A stretch of DNA of 64,000 bases. Origin: Yuukianura sp. NJ FZ-2021 (Eukaryota). The position numbers and the translations under genes were made by a program. The notes beneath the pieces are model-generated. The model ran no database searches. It was not told the origin of the DNA and saw only the letters and a program-made list of their open reading frames with translations. Positions 14,099 through 25,352 of this stretch are shown piece after piece (within the stretch, counting starts at the first letter, position 1; each line of letters opens with the position of its first letter). The stretch is from positions 7,626,001 through 7,690,000 of the forward strand of contig CM102284.1 of assembly GCA_046563655.1 (NCBI GenBank). The letters are read 5' to 3'.

Positions 14099-17019
14099 CA
14101 GACCTCGGCAATTTTCGTTCATTTGTCGCTCCGCTTTACTCAGGTCTCGCTCAGAGCGAAAATTGCTGAGCGGAACGGAACGAGCGTCGAGCCATGCTTA
14201 GCGGAGCGATACTGAGCTGAGGGATAGTTTAGAAGGATGAGCGGAGCGGCCGTTGAGCGAAACGATGGTTTGAAAATGGAGATTACCACGTTGCCATGAC
14301 GACGTCATACGAGCATGCGGATCGAAATAAAAACAAAACATTACACTTTTCTTTGTAGGTCAAGGACCTTCGAATTCACTTCAGTTCACTTCTTCAAGTC
14401 TCTCGGAGAGGACAGTCACATCCTCCCATCGCTCTCTTCAATCTCCAAATTCACTGTTTTTTAAATTCTAAAACTAAAAGTACTTCGTCTCATCGCTCGG
14501 ATAATTCAACATGAGTTGCGGAGGCGGACGTGTAAGTTGTCCTTTGACAACTGATTTACTGGAAACATCAACCTGAACCGCAGGAGGGAATCAAAGGAAT
14601 TGCATAAGCATAACGGTTTCTCATTGTAGGTTTTCGGAGGCGGTGCTGGTTGTGGTGGCTGTCCACAACGCAATCCTTGTTGTGTAACATTTTAATTCAT
14701 TCATCTCGCGAGATCATCGTTTATACGAAGTAACGATTTTTGTGTTTTAGCCTCCACCGTGCTGCCCAGCTCCCAGGTTGACTTTGTGCTGTCCCGATCC
14801 TTGTCGACCCTGCTGCAGACCATGCTGTGTAAGTTACTTTTAAGTAGAATTCTTGGTATATTTTGTATTCTAACTTAACTTATAATTGATACAATTTAAT
14901 TTCTGCCTCTTTTGGTAGCCACCAGCTCCACAATGTTGTCCCAGGATGCCCGTCTTCCCGAAAGTTTGCTGCCCTCCACCAGTAAGTGCACATTTCTTAC
15001 GTTAGACGCGACATTCAAAACAAATCTTTTGATGTGTAAAGCGTTAATGAATGCCCTTCTAAATTCTAGTGCTGTGTAAGACCACACATCCAACTTTCGC
15101 TGGTGTTGGAGTACTTGATGAGGAGATTCGATTTTTGAAAGTATTTATTGCGGTTAGCTGTGCATTTGACTTCGCGTTTTTTTTTGTACTTTAGCCGGAT
15201 CCGTGCATTCGTCCTGGACGAAAATGCTTCATTCCTCCACCTTGCTGGTAACTTATTATTGCAAGTTCTTGGAAAATGGCATATCGCCATCCACTGTTCA
15301 TGTCGTTTATCAGATTTGGTTGTGTATCCTAACGTTTTTCTTCAAATTAAAGTCCACCTCCATGCTGCAAGAAGATGTGCCTAGGTGAGTGACTACAGTT
15401 TATGGAATAGATCGTTTCGTTGACTGTATTTTTTAAAGTTTGACCCAAGTTTTGTTTTAAAATTTTCAGTCGTGTCTCCACCGATTTGTCCGCCAAGATG
15501 CTGTCCAAGTATGTTTCTCAATTTAAAGTTATTGGGATGACATTTTGGCAATTTGCAAATCACTCTGTTAACTTGAATCCTTTCTCATTCTGTAGTTCCT
15601 TGTTGTCCGCCGTGTGGACCTGCCCTGGATCGTAAATACTTGAACATAAAGTTACTGTGGCTTTGATTTGAGATTTCAGTTGTCACTAAAAATTTTGGTG
15701 TATTTCCTTAGCCTGCTGCCCACGACCAGATCCAGTTCCATGTTGCCCGGATCGTAAGTTTAACTTTGTAATAAGATTTCCACTTCAAAAACACTTACAT
15801 ATTTTCTTGTATTCCAGCTTGCCGCCGCCGAACAATGAGCTGTTGCATGGATCCTTGTTGTCGTAAGTTTATTAGCAGCAGTGGAATTAAATTCTTAAGG
15901 TTCCTTATTCCGATTTTTTGAACATACAGCACCGCCAGCCATGATCGTGCGACCGATTCGTCACAGCTGCTGTCCTCCGCCGCCAAGAACTGGAAGAAAT
16001 TGCTGTGTAAGTTTTGAGCTTAAGTGGAGCTTAACCGGAATTAATCAGGATAACATAACACATCTAATGAATCGTAAATGAAGGTAACTAATGCTTGATT
16101 TATTTTAAAATAGCCAATTCCTTGCTGCAACCCCTTGCCGCCTGCCTGCATCATTGTGAAGCCATGCATTCCCCGTTGTGAAGGAAGCGATGTCTGCTGT
16201 CCGGTAAGCAATTAAAAATATACAGCATTTTCTCTAATTTAAGCAAAAGAAATAAGCTTTGTCGTTTGACAGCCGCCACCATTGTCATGCCCGGACCCGT
16301 GTGGATGCAGACCATCTTGCTGTGGAGCTGGCGCATGCCCTGTAACGAATCAATTACATTTCTCTTCCCATTTTTGGGAGTTCCATGACTGATCGTCATA
16401 TTTTTATTTATTTGTAGAAACCAATCTGCGTCAGCATAAAAGCCCCCACAAGCTGTTGTCCATCTCCGTGTTGCCCTCCTCCGCAGCCTCCGATGTGCTG
16501 CATTCCGAAGCCATGCTGCCCGGTAATTGACCTCCGAACTACTCAATTCATTCAAGGATTTCTTAATTACTGAATTGGTTTTACATTATTTTACAGCCCA
16601 AGCAAGAGAATAGCTGCTTCGTGTCAGTTACTCCTTGTCCACCGAAGTGCTGCCCCGGACCGTCGTGCTGCTAAGCCAAGGATTAGACGATGAAGACTGA
16701 AGTTACTCAACGCCACATCTACAAAAACATAGCCAAAGCATTTCTAAATTCATAGTCAAGAATCATTGTTCATTAACGTTAGATCTAGCCGAAAATAAAG
16801 TGTAAGAACTGCACTTGCAGTTGTTTTTTTTTAGGAATATCAAAATTCATGGATAATTTTCAGTTTAACTTCTATTATTACATAGGCCAAAACAGTACAA
16901 ATCTAAATTGTTGTAACTTTTACTTGCCAGAGCTGAGCGGAGGGAGGGTTTGCTGTATTACTTTGAGCGGAGCGGAACGGTGTTGGTGGATGACAGAGCG
17001 GAGCGATCGCCGAGGTCTG
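14099..17019. mobile_element. hAT-like non-autonomous element (11-bp TIRs) enclosing the Cys/Pro-rich gene
   Basis: CAGACCTCGGC at 14099-14109 and its exact reverse complement GCCGAGGTCTG at 17009-17019. CGCTCCGCT/GAGCGGAGCG subterminal repeats at about 14128-14260 and 16930-17005. Flanks GTCCTTCA and GTTCTTCT match 6/8. Confidence 0.6.
14511..16674 (+). CDS. Cys/Pro-rich protein, about 295 aa, 16 exons, no signal peptide
   Basis: Exons 14511-14531, 14630-14683, 14751-14828, 14919-14981, 15070-15075, 15195-15247, 15353-15384, 15470-15508, 15596-15631, 15712-15753, 15818-15862, 15930-16006, 16114-16203, 16273-16341, 16418-16522, 16597-16674. All introns are GT-AG, phases are consistent, and the 888-nt frame is open (MSCGGGR...KCCPGPSCC*). 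AATAAA at 16794. Confidence 0.9.
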
Positions 17020-17497
17020 GTTCTTCTTTAGGAGACTAACCAAGTTTCTTCCTTTCATCCTCACTCGCTCTCACTCCAACCAAACTGGTTCATCAGTTCA
17101 GTTCAGTAAACACTCACTTGACAATTGACCTCAAGACAAGTACGCAAAGAGAGGTTTCGAACAAGTAAGTTTTTTAAGTTGATCTTGGTTTGGTAGGTAT
17201 TAATTAAGTACTGTATCCTGAATCCTATTCTTTCAATCACATCATCGCCTCTAACCTAATCATCTGCTTGTAGTTGTATGAGTAATAATAACCACTGAAG
17301 TAAGGGAGAAACAGTAAACGAACGAAGTAATTCTAACAACAATTGGGAATCGGAATTGATTTTAGATTATCGACTTTTAATCAGTTATGCACGATTGTTA
17401 GATTACTCACGATTGCCGTGTAACAATTGTGGTTTATGTTCTGATAAAGTGTTTATTGACCTTTGACTTTGGTATTTACAGGACACGATTTACAAGG

Positions 17498-18094
17498 ATG
17501 GACAAGAAACCAGAAGTTGGATATGGTCAATACGGCGGTGAGATGCCACCACCTTATACAGCAGCGTATGGACAGCCTGGTCCAGTTGGTTTTGAGCCAC
17601 CACCAAACGTAGCTCCAGTTCCACCACCACCAGGTGGATTCGTCAATGCTCAGTCAATGTATGCCCAACAACAGGCCTATGCTGGTCAACAGGCTCCAAC
17701 AGTGCCAGGTTTGTCGAAATTATCTATTCTAAGTATTAATGGTAATCTTGGTAAATTCGTAACCTATTTCCTGTGTCTAGTTGTCCAAGTCGTCCAGTTT
17801 GCCAACTTGAGAAGCCGTTCAACGCGATTGACTTGTCCTGCATGTCGAGCGGATATCAGCACTCGCGTCAGTTACCGTACTGGGCGCTTCACCCATTTGG
17901 CAGCACTTGTGCTTTGCTTTGTGTTTTGCCCGATTTTCTGCATTCCATACTGCATGGAAGAGTGCCAGGATGCTGAACAGTAAGTGTTTAGTCAATTACT
18001 TCCGAACTTGATTTGTTGCGTGTTGATTAACAATTTATTTGTTAACAGCTACTGCCCGAACTGCCAGCAGTTCATCGGAATCTATCGTCGCTAA
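17498..18094 (+). CDS. LITAF-domain protein (3 coding exons: 17498-17708, 17781-17979, 18049-18094)
   Basis: Pro-rich N-terminus with PPPY motif, then CPACRADISTRV, hydrophobic LAALVLCFVFCPIFCIPYC, and HYCPNCQQFIGIYRR*. This is the CxxC..HxCxxC LITAF signature. Confidence 0.93.
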
Positions 18095-18487
18095 GCAACT
18101 TAGAATAAGCGAACAAACGCCCGAAATTGCAGCTTTGCCTTTGACGCAAGTCACACTTTTCCGTTCACAAATTGTACTATGGAATGCGTTATGTTCAACT
18201 GTGTTTTTCACGGTGATACAGAATTCTGGAATGAGATTTTACAGTGAACGTTTACTGTATTTAATTAACTTAAGAATTTCACTCTTCTTTAATAGAGCCC
18301 GCTATTTATTAGAACTTTTCACGTTTCTTAGATCTGTCAAATAAATTATCTTTTTCAAAATCCGCGTCTCGCGTGGTATTTTTGTTCAAATTTTACCGCG
18401 CAGGGTCAGGTAGTTGGAATTTTCGCGAAGGAAAAATGGCGTCTTTGGGAAACGTCCTTGAATGCCCTTGAGAATGTTTCGACCCTT

Positions 18488-18592
18488 CTGATTGGCTGAG
18501 AGGAACAAAGAAACTTGTTTCAAGCATTCTGATTGGTCCTCGAGAACAAAGAAGCTCGTCCCTGATTGGCCGTCTAGGATTTCTTTGTTCTT
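18488..18592. promoter_or_regulatory. Cluster of three CCAAT boxes (as ATTGG) in a degenerate repeat upstream of the filamin-repeat gene
   Basis: CTGATTGG at 18488, 18529 and 18562. The first two are followed by GAACAAAGAA and an inverted TTCTTTGTTC follows the third. The cluster is about 160-260 bp upstream of the ATG at 18747. Confidence 0.5.
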
Positions 18593-18746
18593 GGATGCTG
18601 GGATCTGCAAAAATCTGTTCATTCTCGAATGAGATGTTGAACTGTACGGAACTGCTCCAGAAAATTTCAAGATTTTTTCGAAATTTGATCCTGTTTTTTC
18701 AAAATTTTGGAAATTTTGAACTTCGAAGAGGGATTCTGACGCAGCG

Positions 18747-19809
18747 ATGGCGATGACCCGGGACACTCTTTATGATTCAGCGAACTACTGCGACCAGGAC
18801 CAGAATCAGCGATTTCTCGTCAACAACGAATCGGGCAAGGTACGTAAACGTTTTTACAACGAAATTCTGAAATTATGAAAACATTTTCTGAAATAATCTC
18901 AAAATTTTACTCATTTTACGTTTTGAATTCGTTTCAGGGCTTGTATCCGACACCGCCGCGGTCAACATCTCCAGCAGACTCGTGCCAGGATCCTCCAGCT
19001 CCCGAACTTCAGGAAATCGCTGAACTTGATGAAATCGCTGAACTTCAGGAAATCGCTGAACTCGTGGCCATCCGCCTATCGGATTCCGACATTGGAGTTA
19101 TCCTCCAGGAAATGCAGATTCGTGAGAAAGATTACTCCAGTCTTGCACCGATGGTGGGCGATCGCTGGTTTCAAGGAGAAGGTTTCCCCCTGCCACCTTC
19201 ACCAGAAGTTGACGACGGTTTCTGCGATGGATCCACCAGCTCCGACGACATGTCAACTCCGCCGCTCGCGGTGTCGCCGAAGTTCTTGGATCCCACGGTG
19301 TTCAACTTCCGCGTTGACCCACTGGACTTGCTCCCACCGATGCCTGGCTGCGGTTCTTTTGCTGTGATGGAGTGTGGACTGCTGGGAAGGTTCAAGGTGG
19401 ATCCAAATCGCTTTTCCATCAGGATCTCCACACCATCCGGAGTGCTTCTACGGTGTCAAGTACTGGACATGCGCAACTCCACCGCTTTCGTGTTCATGTC
19501 ACCCGAAGAAGGAATCCATCGTATCTCCGTCTCCTTGAGCGAATTCGTCCACCAGCATATTGACGGGTAAGTTTCCACAAGCTTTTCAATTGACTGAAAA
19601 TTTTGTTATCAAAATCGTTTTTCAAAATTTGGTCAACATTCGTTTGTGTTTTTCGGGAATTAGAGAATCTAACAATTTTTTGTTTGAATTTCAGGAGCCC
19701 CTTCACCATTTACGTCAGGCAGCAACCACGGCTTCTTCCACCAAACTTCGGGATGACCTTTGACCCCAGCAGCAACTACACAACGAAATGGTGTCCGGTG
19801 TGCCCCTGA
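18747..19809 (+). CDS. Orphan protein with acidic/Pro-rich N-region and one filamin-type Ig repeat (exons 18747-18839, 18938-19566, 19695-19809)
   Basis: Phase-compatible GT-AG introns. C-terminal ..ISTPSG..CQVLD..PEEGIHRISV..HIDGSPFTIYV matches the filamin repeat consensus (G.H.I.V...HI.GSPF.V.V). Confidence 0.75.
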
Positions 19810-20559
19810 AGATCTTCAAATCGTCCTTGAAGGAAACATCAGCCAAGTTCATCTATGAAACGGATGAAATGTTCATCTGTAATTAGCTAATTTACTAGCA
19901 GAATTCATTCCGAAATTTTTAATCCAGCGTGAAAGTTTTTTGTTTTTTCGTTCCATTGTTGATCCTTTTTTTTTAAAGTTTATTTGCACGCTAAGATTAA
20001 TTTTTTGTGAAAACGATTTTGTACATTAATTTGTAAATACTTAGGATTTAGCTCGTTTTTGTCATTTTATATTTCATTTTTGTAAAATTTTGACGATTAA
20101 TTTTTGATTGAATACAGACAGATTTTGTTTTTCTCTGCTTCAAATCTCTGTGTGTTTGTGTATCATCATTTCTTGGCATAATCTCAATTTCAATTTTGCA
20201 CGTTTCTTGTTTTTATAAAATTTAAACTTTTCGTTTTTCTAAAATTTCAAATTTTTCTTTTTTTTTCTTCAAAATTTTAAATTTTCATCTTTTCTAAAAT
20301 TTTGAGTAATTCATTTGTTGGTTGGTGACTCTTGGTTGTGTTGTGATTAACGCCATATAAAAAATTAAAATTTTCAACACGTTTGGTGTTGAGAAGGAAT
20401 ATTCTTGTGTAATGTATCCTCCATCTCTGGTAATGTAAATTTTTATTTTGTCTCCAGTCGCCCCTTAAAGAAACCTGTACTGTCTTTTATTAATGTTTAT
20501 ATGGCGTTTGAATTGTGAGACTCAAAATTTTATAAAATTTATAATTTTTATAAATTATA

Positions 20560-20772
20560 CAGTGAGAGGCACGAAAACCTGCACACTTCAAAAGTAGCTT
20601 TTTGTTTATTTTGCTAAATTATGCGGGGGAAATCGGTTCACGAAAAAACCCACAATGAGAGTTTTGTGTCAGATTTAACGTTTTCAACAAAAAGTTACGT
20701 TTTCGCCTCCACAATTTTAGTTGTTACCAGGGAAACAAATTTGGGGTGTGCAGGTTTTCGTGCCCCTCACTG
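20560..20772. mobile_element. Tc1/mariner-type MITE, 213 bp
   Basis: 27-bp TIRs CAGTGAG(A/G)GGCACGAAAACCTGCACAC with one mismatch, TA on both flanks (20558-20559, 20773-20774), no coding capacity. Confidence 0.9.
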
Positions 20773-21058
20773 TATAGTTCCTTCTGCCACACTCCAATTT
20801 ATTTCAATCAAACTAAATCAAAAACTTGTAGTTAATAACTAACTTAAATAATAATAAAATATGTACAATAATAAAATATAAGTATAATGAATGCCCTTAC
20901 AAAAAATTTATTTTCAAAATCTCAAAACGAAATGTAAAACATCCTCTAAAAAACAACTAGGTATCAATTCATTATCGAGCCTACAATAATCAATTGAATA
21001 AAAAACTCAAAAAATAAGAATGCAAACATCAGAACAGTCAGCAGGAACAAAAATATGG

Positions 21059-24000
21059 CTACTTGTTCAGCGTATTCTCGTGGAATTCAATGTCACTTCT
21101 GTCCCACCTTCCGAATCTACAAACTGAAAAAAGAGTTTTCAAGGTTTGAAATTTTGAGTGACACAAATTGAATGACTGTGAGATTGAAGATTTACCGAGT
21201 CATCGTTGCAGTGATTTCTAAAGTGGCGGTTTTGGATCGGAAATTTTCAAAAATTTGGATCAAATCATGCCTGCGCAGGAGCTGAGCAACGTCGAGCGCT
21301 GTTTGACCATAAAGGTTTTGCTTGTCAAGCGACGCTCCATTGTCCAAAAGCCATTCAATCGTTGCTTTCGTATTTGCTTCAACAGCCTAAAATCCATCAA
21401 AATTGTAACTTAGGAGAAAGAAAAGTTGTTTAAATTTTGAAAACTGTTTTTTAAAAAGTGAAACGCACGACATGGAGCGGTGACCGTCCACAAGGATCTT
21501 CAAGGTTGAAACTTGCGCCGGCTAGTAAGAACGATTTGAGCCTTGCAACGTCACCTCGACAAGCAGCCCTATTTTCGGAATCAGCTTCTTAAAAAATTTG
21601 ACTTTTGACCTGTTTTCAAAATTTTGAAAACTTACAGATTGAGTTCGGCTGCTAGTGCTTTTGGTTCGATTGTCAAGTGAGCACCACAACGTCGTAGGAT
21701 TCTGATGACATCGTGACGATCAGATTCCACGGCGTCGCGTAACGGCGAAAATCCACGACCATCGCGAATATGCACAGAAGCTCCTCGTTTCAGCAGGAAT
21801 TCCACAACACGATCATCTCCACACGCCACCGCCAGATCTACAACCACCAAAATTTCAAAATTTGAAAACACATTTCCAAAAATTTCAAAAACTAAGCAAT
21901 TTCCATTTTTTATGGGACCAAACTTACGAAGTGGCGTTCTCCCAAAATAGTCGCAAGTGGAAATCTCTGAGCCCTGGGACAAACCGAAAATCAAAAGCAA
22001 TGAAAATTTTGAAAATGGAGAAAGTGAAATTGAACATTTTGAAAAATGAGAGAAAGTAGAATTGAAAATATGGAAACAGGAAAATTTTGAAAAAGGAGAC
22101 AAATTGAAGTTGAAAATTCGGAAAAAGGAGTGAAATTGAGAATGAGAATTTTGAAAAATGCCAAATTTTACCGATTCTCCAAAGATGGCCGTGAGATTCT
22201 TCTCGCTGTAGTTGTGATCTGTGACCTGCGCGAGGAAGGCGCAGGTCAAGGATCCTCCAAGTACCCTCTGAATCTCTTCGATTTCGTCTGGAAGGGACAT
22301 GCCCAGGGTACTTGCAATCAACCGAACTACTTTGTGGACGAGATCTGAACTTTGACCGATGGACAAAACTTCTGAAGGGTCCAAGATGTGGTCCATGCCA
22401 CCTTGAATAGGATTGTAAGGTCTCCTGGATGAGCACTTCGTCAACTCTCCCTTCAAATTTGTCTGAAGCATCTCTCGCTTCTCTTCCAACGACCAATCAG
22501 AACGTCCCAAAACGTAACTTAGTTTAGTCAGTGCAGCTTCTACAAAGATCAGTTGGACATAACATCATCTTTTCAAAATTTTGAACTTTTTCAAAATTTT
22601 GAAAATGCCTTACCTGGAGTCATGTCAAATCCTGGAATGACTCCATAGATTTGTCCAGTTTCGTAAATGGCAGCAACACTTCCGTGCCCGCACTGCGTGC
22701 AGTTGATGATGAGAATGCCGGCGTGAGCGGCTTTTTCAATTTCCTCCAGCAAATCCTTCCGATTGGTTGGAAAATTTCCTGAACCGTAAGTTTGAAGCAC
22801 CACGCCCATAGTTGGAGGTTGCAAAAACACTCGAACCTAAGTGACAACCAATTTCATAAAAATTTAGTTTTTTTTTTTGAAATTTTGAATTGAAACCTAC
22901 TGCTTCCAGAGTAATGGATGGAAAAATTCTGAGCAGTCCAACGTTTCTGTTAAGTGAAGTGTGAATTTGCAGAGCCGAAATGTCTTTAGGCCTGAAAATG
23001 CTGTTGTAATCCACTGAAATGTTGACAATTTTTATAAGTTAGGTTACATTGCAATATTACACCAGTTTAGCTGAATACATGATGGATCAAACAAGTACCT
23101 CGAATCGAAATTCTGAAAATTAAAATCAGACGTTTCAGAAATTTTACGATTAATTCGAGCAAATTTTAATTTTATGATTCACGAAAATGTCTTACCCCAT
23201 TGTAGCCAAGGGTCCAAAATTTGGAGAGTCAAAACCGCTCAAGCTGTCACAACTCACCTGAAATCAAGCAATTCAAAATTCATTCCATTTTGTCAAAAAT
23301 TTCAGAAACTTTTTTTTTTAATACTTTTGTGATTCGATTTCCTCGAAAAAGTTTGTGTCCAAAGTACACCGTGACTTCAGGAATAACGTAAGATCCTGCC
23401 AGGATAAGAGCTCCTAAAATTTTGAGAAAAAGTCAGTTTTAGATCAAAATTTTGAAAAGTACTGTGAAGTGTTTCGTTTTTTTGAAAACTTATTTTTACA
23501 TACCCAGGAAGTTGTCTCTTCCGTCAGATCTGGATTCAAACAAGGGAATTTGAGATCCAGTGATGACCACGGATTTTCCCAAATGCTCCAGCATGAACGA
23601 CAGAGCAGACGCTGTGTACCTTCAAATCAAAATTTAACAATTAACAGCGATTGTAAAATTTCAAAATTTCAAAAATTCTATTTAGTTTTCAAAGATTTTG
23701 AAAATGTGTTAGTAAATTTTGGTAAACTTACGCCATCGTATCTGTCCCATGCAGAACTACAAAGCCGTCGAATTGTTGATAGTTTTCCTACAAGTTTGAA
23801 AATTCTATAAGTTCAAGTTATCAGAGGTGATACAAAGTTTAAAAATATTCAATATTAAATAATTAAAGTTAATTAGCAATTAATTAAATTTGGAAACACA
23901 CTTTGATGTCCCTTGCAACATGAATCCAGTCATCCATGGTCATATTTGTGCTGTCCAGGAGTGGATCATACTCATAGATTGTATAAACAACTCGGAATTT

Positions 24001-25352
24001 TTCATCATTCATCTCTCTAAACAACAACAACAAATAAATCAAAGTTAATTATAAATTCACAGTTAATTAATTTAAATTAATTCAACATTGTTACTCACGG
24101 AAGCACCAGAGGTCGATGACCTGGCTCATCATCATCTCCAAAACGCAGAAGCGCGTAGTGCTCATCATGCAGATGTGGAAATCTCTTAACTGTTTTCTCC
24201 AAATTGTTTGCCAAAGGAGCTAGTCCTGTTCAAAAATTAACAGTTTTCAAAATTTTAGACACTTTTTGAACAATTTAAAACAAATCAGTCCATTCCTAAA
24301 CAGTTTTTAGTATGCAACTACTAAACCTTTCGACAAGCAACAAGCAAAAAGCTTAAGGAATTCAAGCGGTTTTCAAAATTCTAGAAAACCGTAAGTGGAA
24401 GAAAACGGAACATGCAATTTCATGCAGTGTTAAAAATTAAAAAAAAAACACATGCAATAGTATTATTTTTGGGAGAAAATATTTTTTACACGTGCGGTAA
24501 AATATTTTTTATGCATGCAATAAAATATTTTTCATAGTGGTACGTTTTATTGCGATTTTCTTACACTTGCGTCATGCAGTTAGTACTATTTAATACATTT
24601 ATATTAATATAGATATTAATAATATTAATCTCGTATATCGGCTTATTTCTGTTCAAAAGTTGTACAAAATCTAACCTCCTCGAGTTGACCTCACCATTCC
24701 AATAGTTCCTAAACAAATTAAGGTTAATTATTTTTCGTTTTACTGAAGTTATTTAATTGTAAACTATAAAAACATATAATTATACACAAATATATAATTA
24801 TTGACTCTCACCACCAGTGTAGATGACAAGGACACGTCGTTCCCCCTTTTCCAAGCTGCAGTCATGGAAACTGCTGTTTCTTCTAAGGACTTTGGGGATA
24901 CTTGAAGGGTCAATCTTAGGAAAAGAATTAACTCTGTCCCTGGACTCATATTGTTGTGACACGTCAGATTCTCCAGAGGTCACGCTTGTATTGTCTCCCA
25001 TTGCCCCGCCATTTTCATGACCTTGGTCCTTGTTGCCCTGGACAACCAAGGGCCCTTCGTCAGCATCCTGCTGGTTGCTCTGGACGATCAAGGGCCCTTC
25101 GTCAACCTCATGCTTGACCTTGGCGTCTGAAGTGACCAACCACGTTCTCTGGTACACTGGTAAGGGCCTTCGGTTTTCCAGTTTAGTAATGGAATTGTTA
25201 TTGTCTTCAAAATTCTTCAGTTTTTCCGAAAGATTTTGTGCCAATTTTGTTTCCTGCTTCAAATTCATCTTGATCGTAGAATCTTCTAAGTGTTTCTTAT
25301 CTTTAGTCGCTAGACGTTTGAGAAAGTGGTTCAATTCTGGACAGATCTTCAT
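21059..25352 (-). CDS. ASPG: L-asparaginase / 60-kDa lysophospholipase with C-terminal ankyrin repeats, many exons
   Basis: [79 protein letters not shown], and ankyrins [29 protein letters not shown]. The last exon is uncertain. Confidence 0.92.

Noticed and set aside
16151-16555. 134-aa minus-strand ORF
   Set aside because: It is an antisense shadow of the plus-strand Cys/Pro gene exons.
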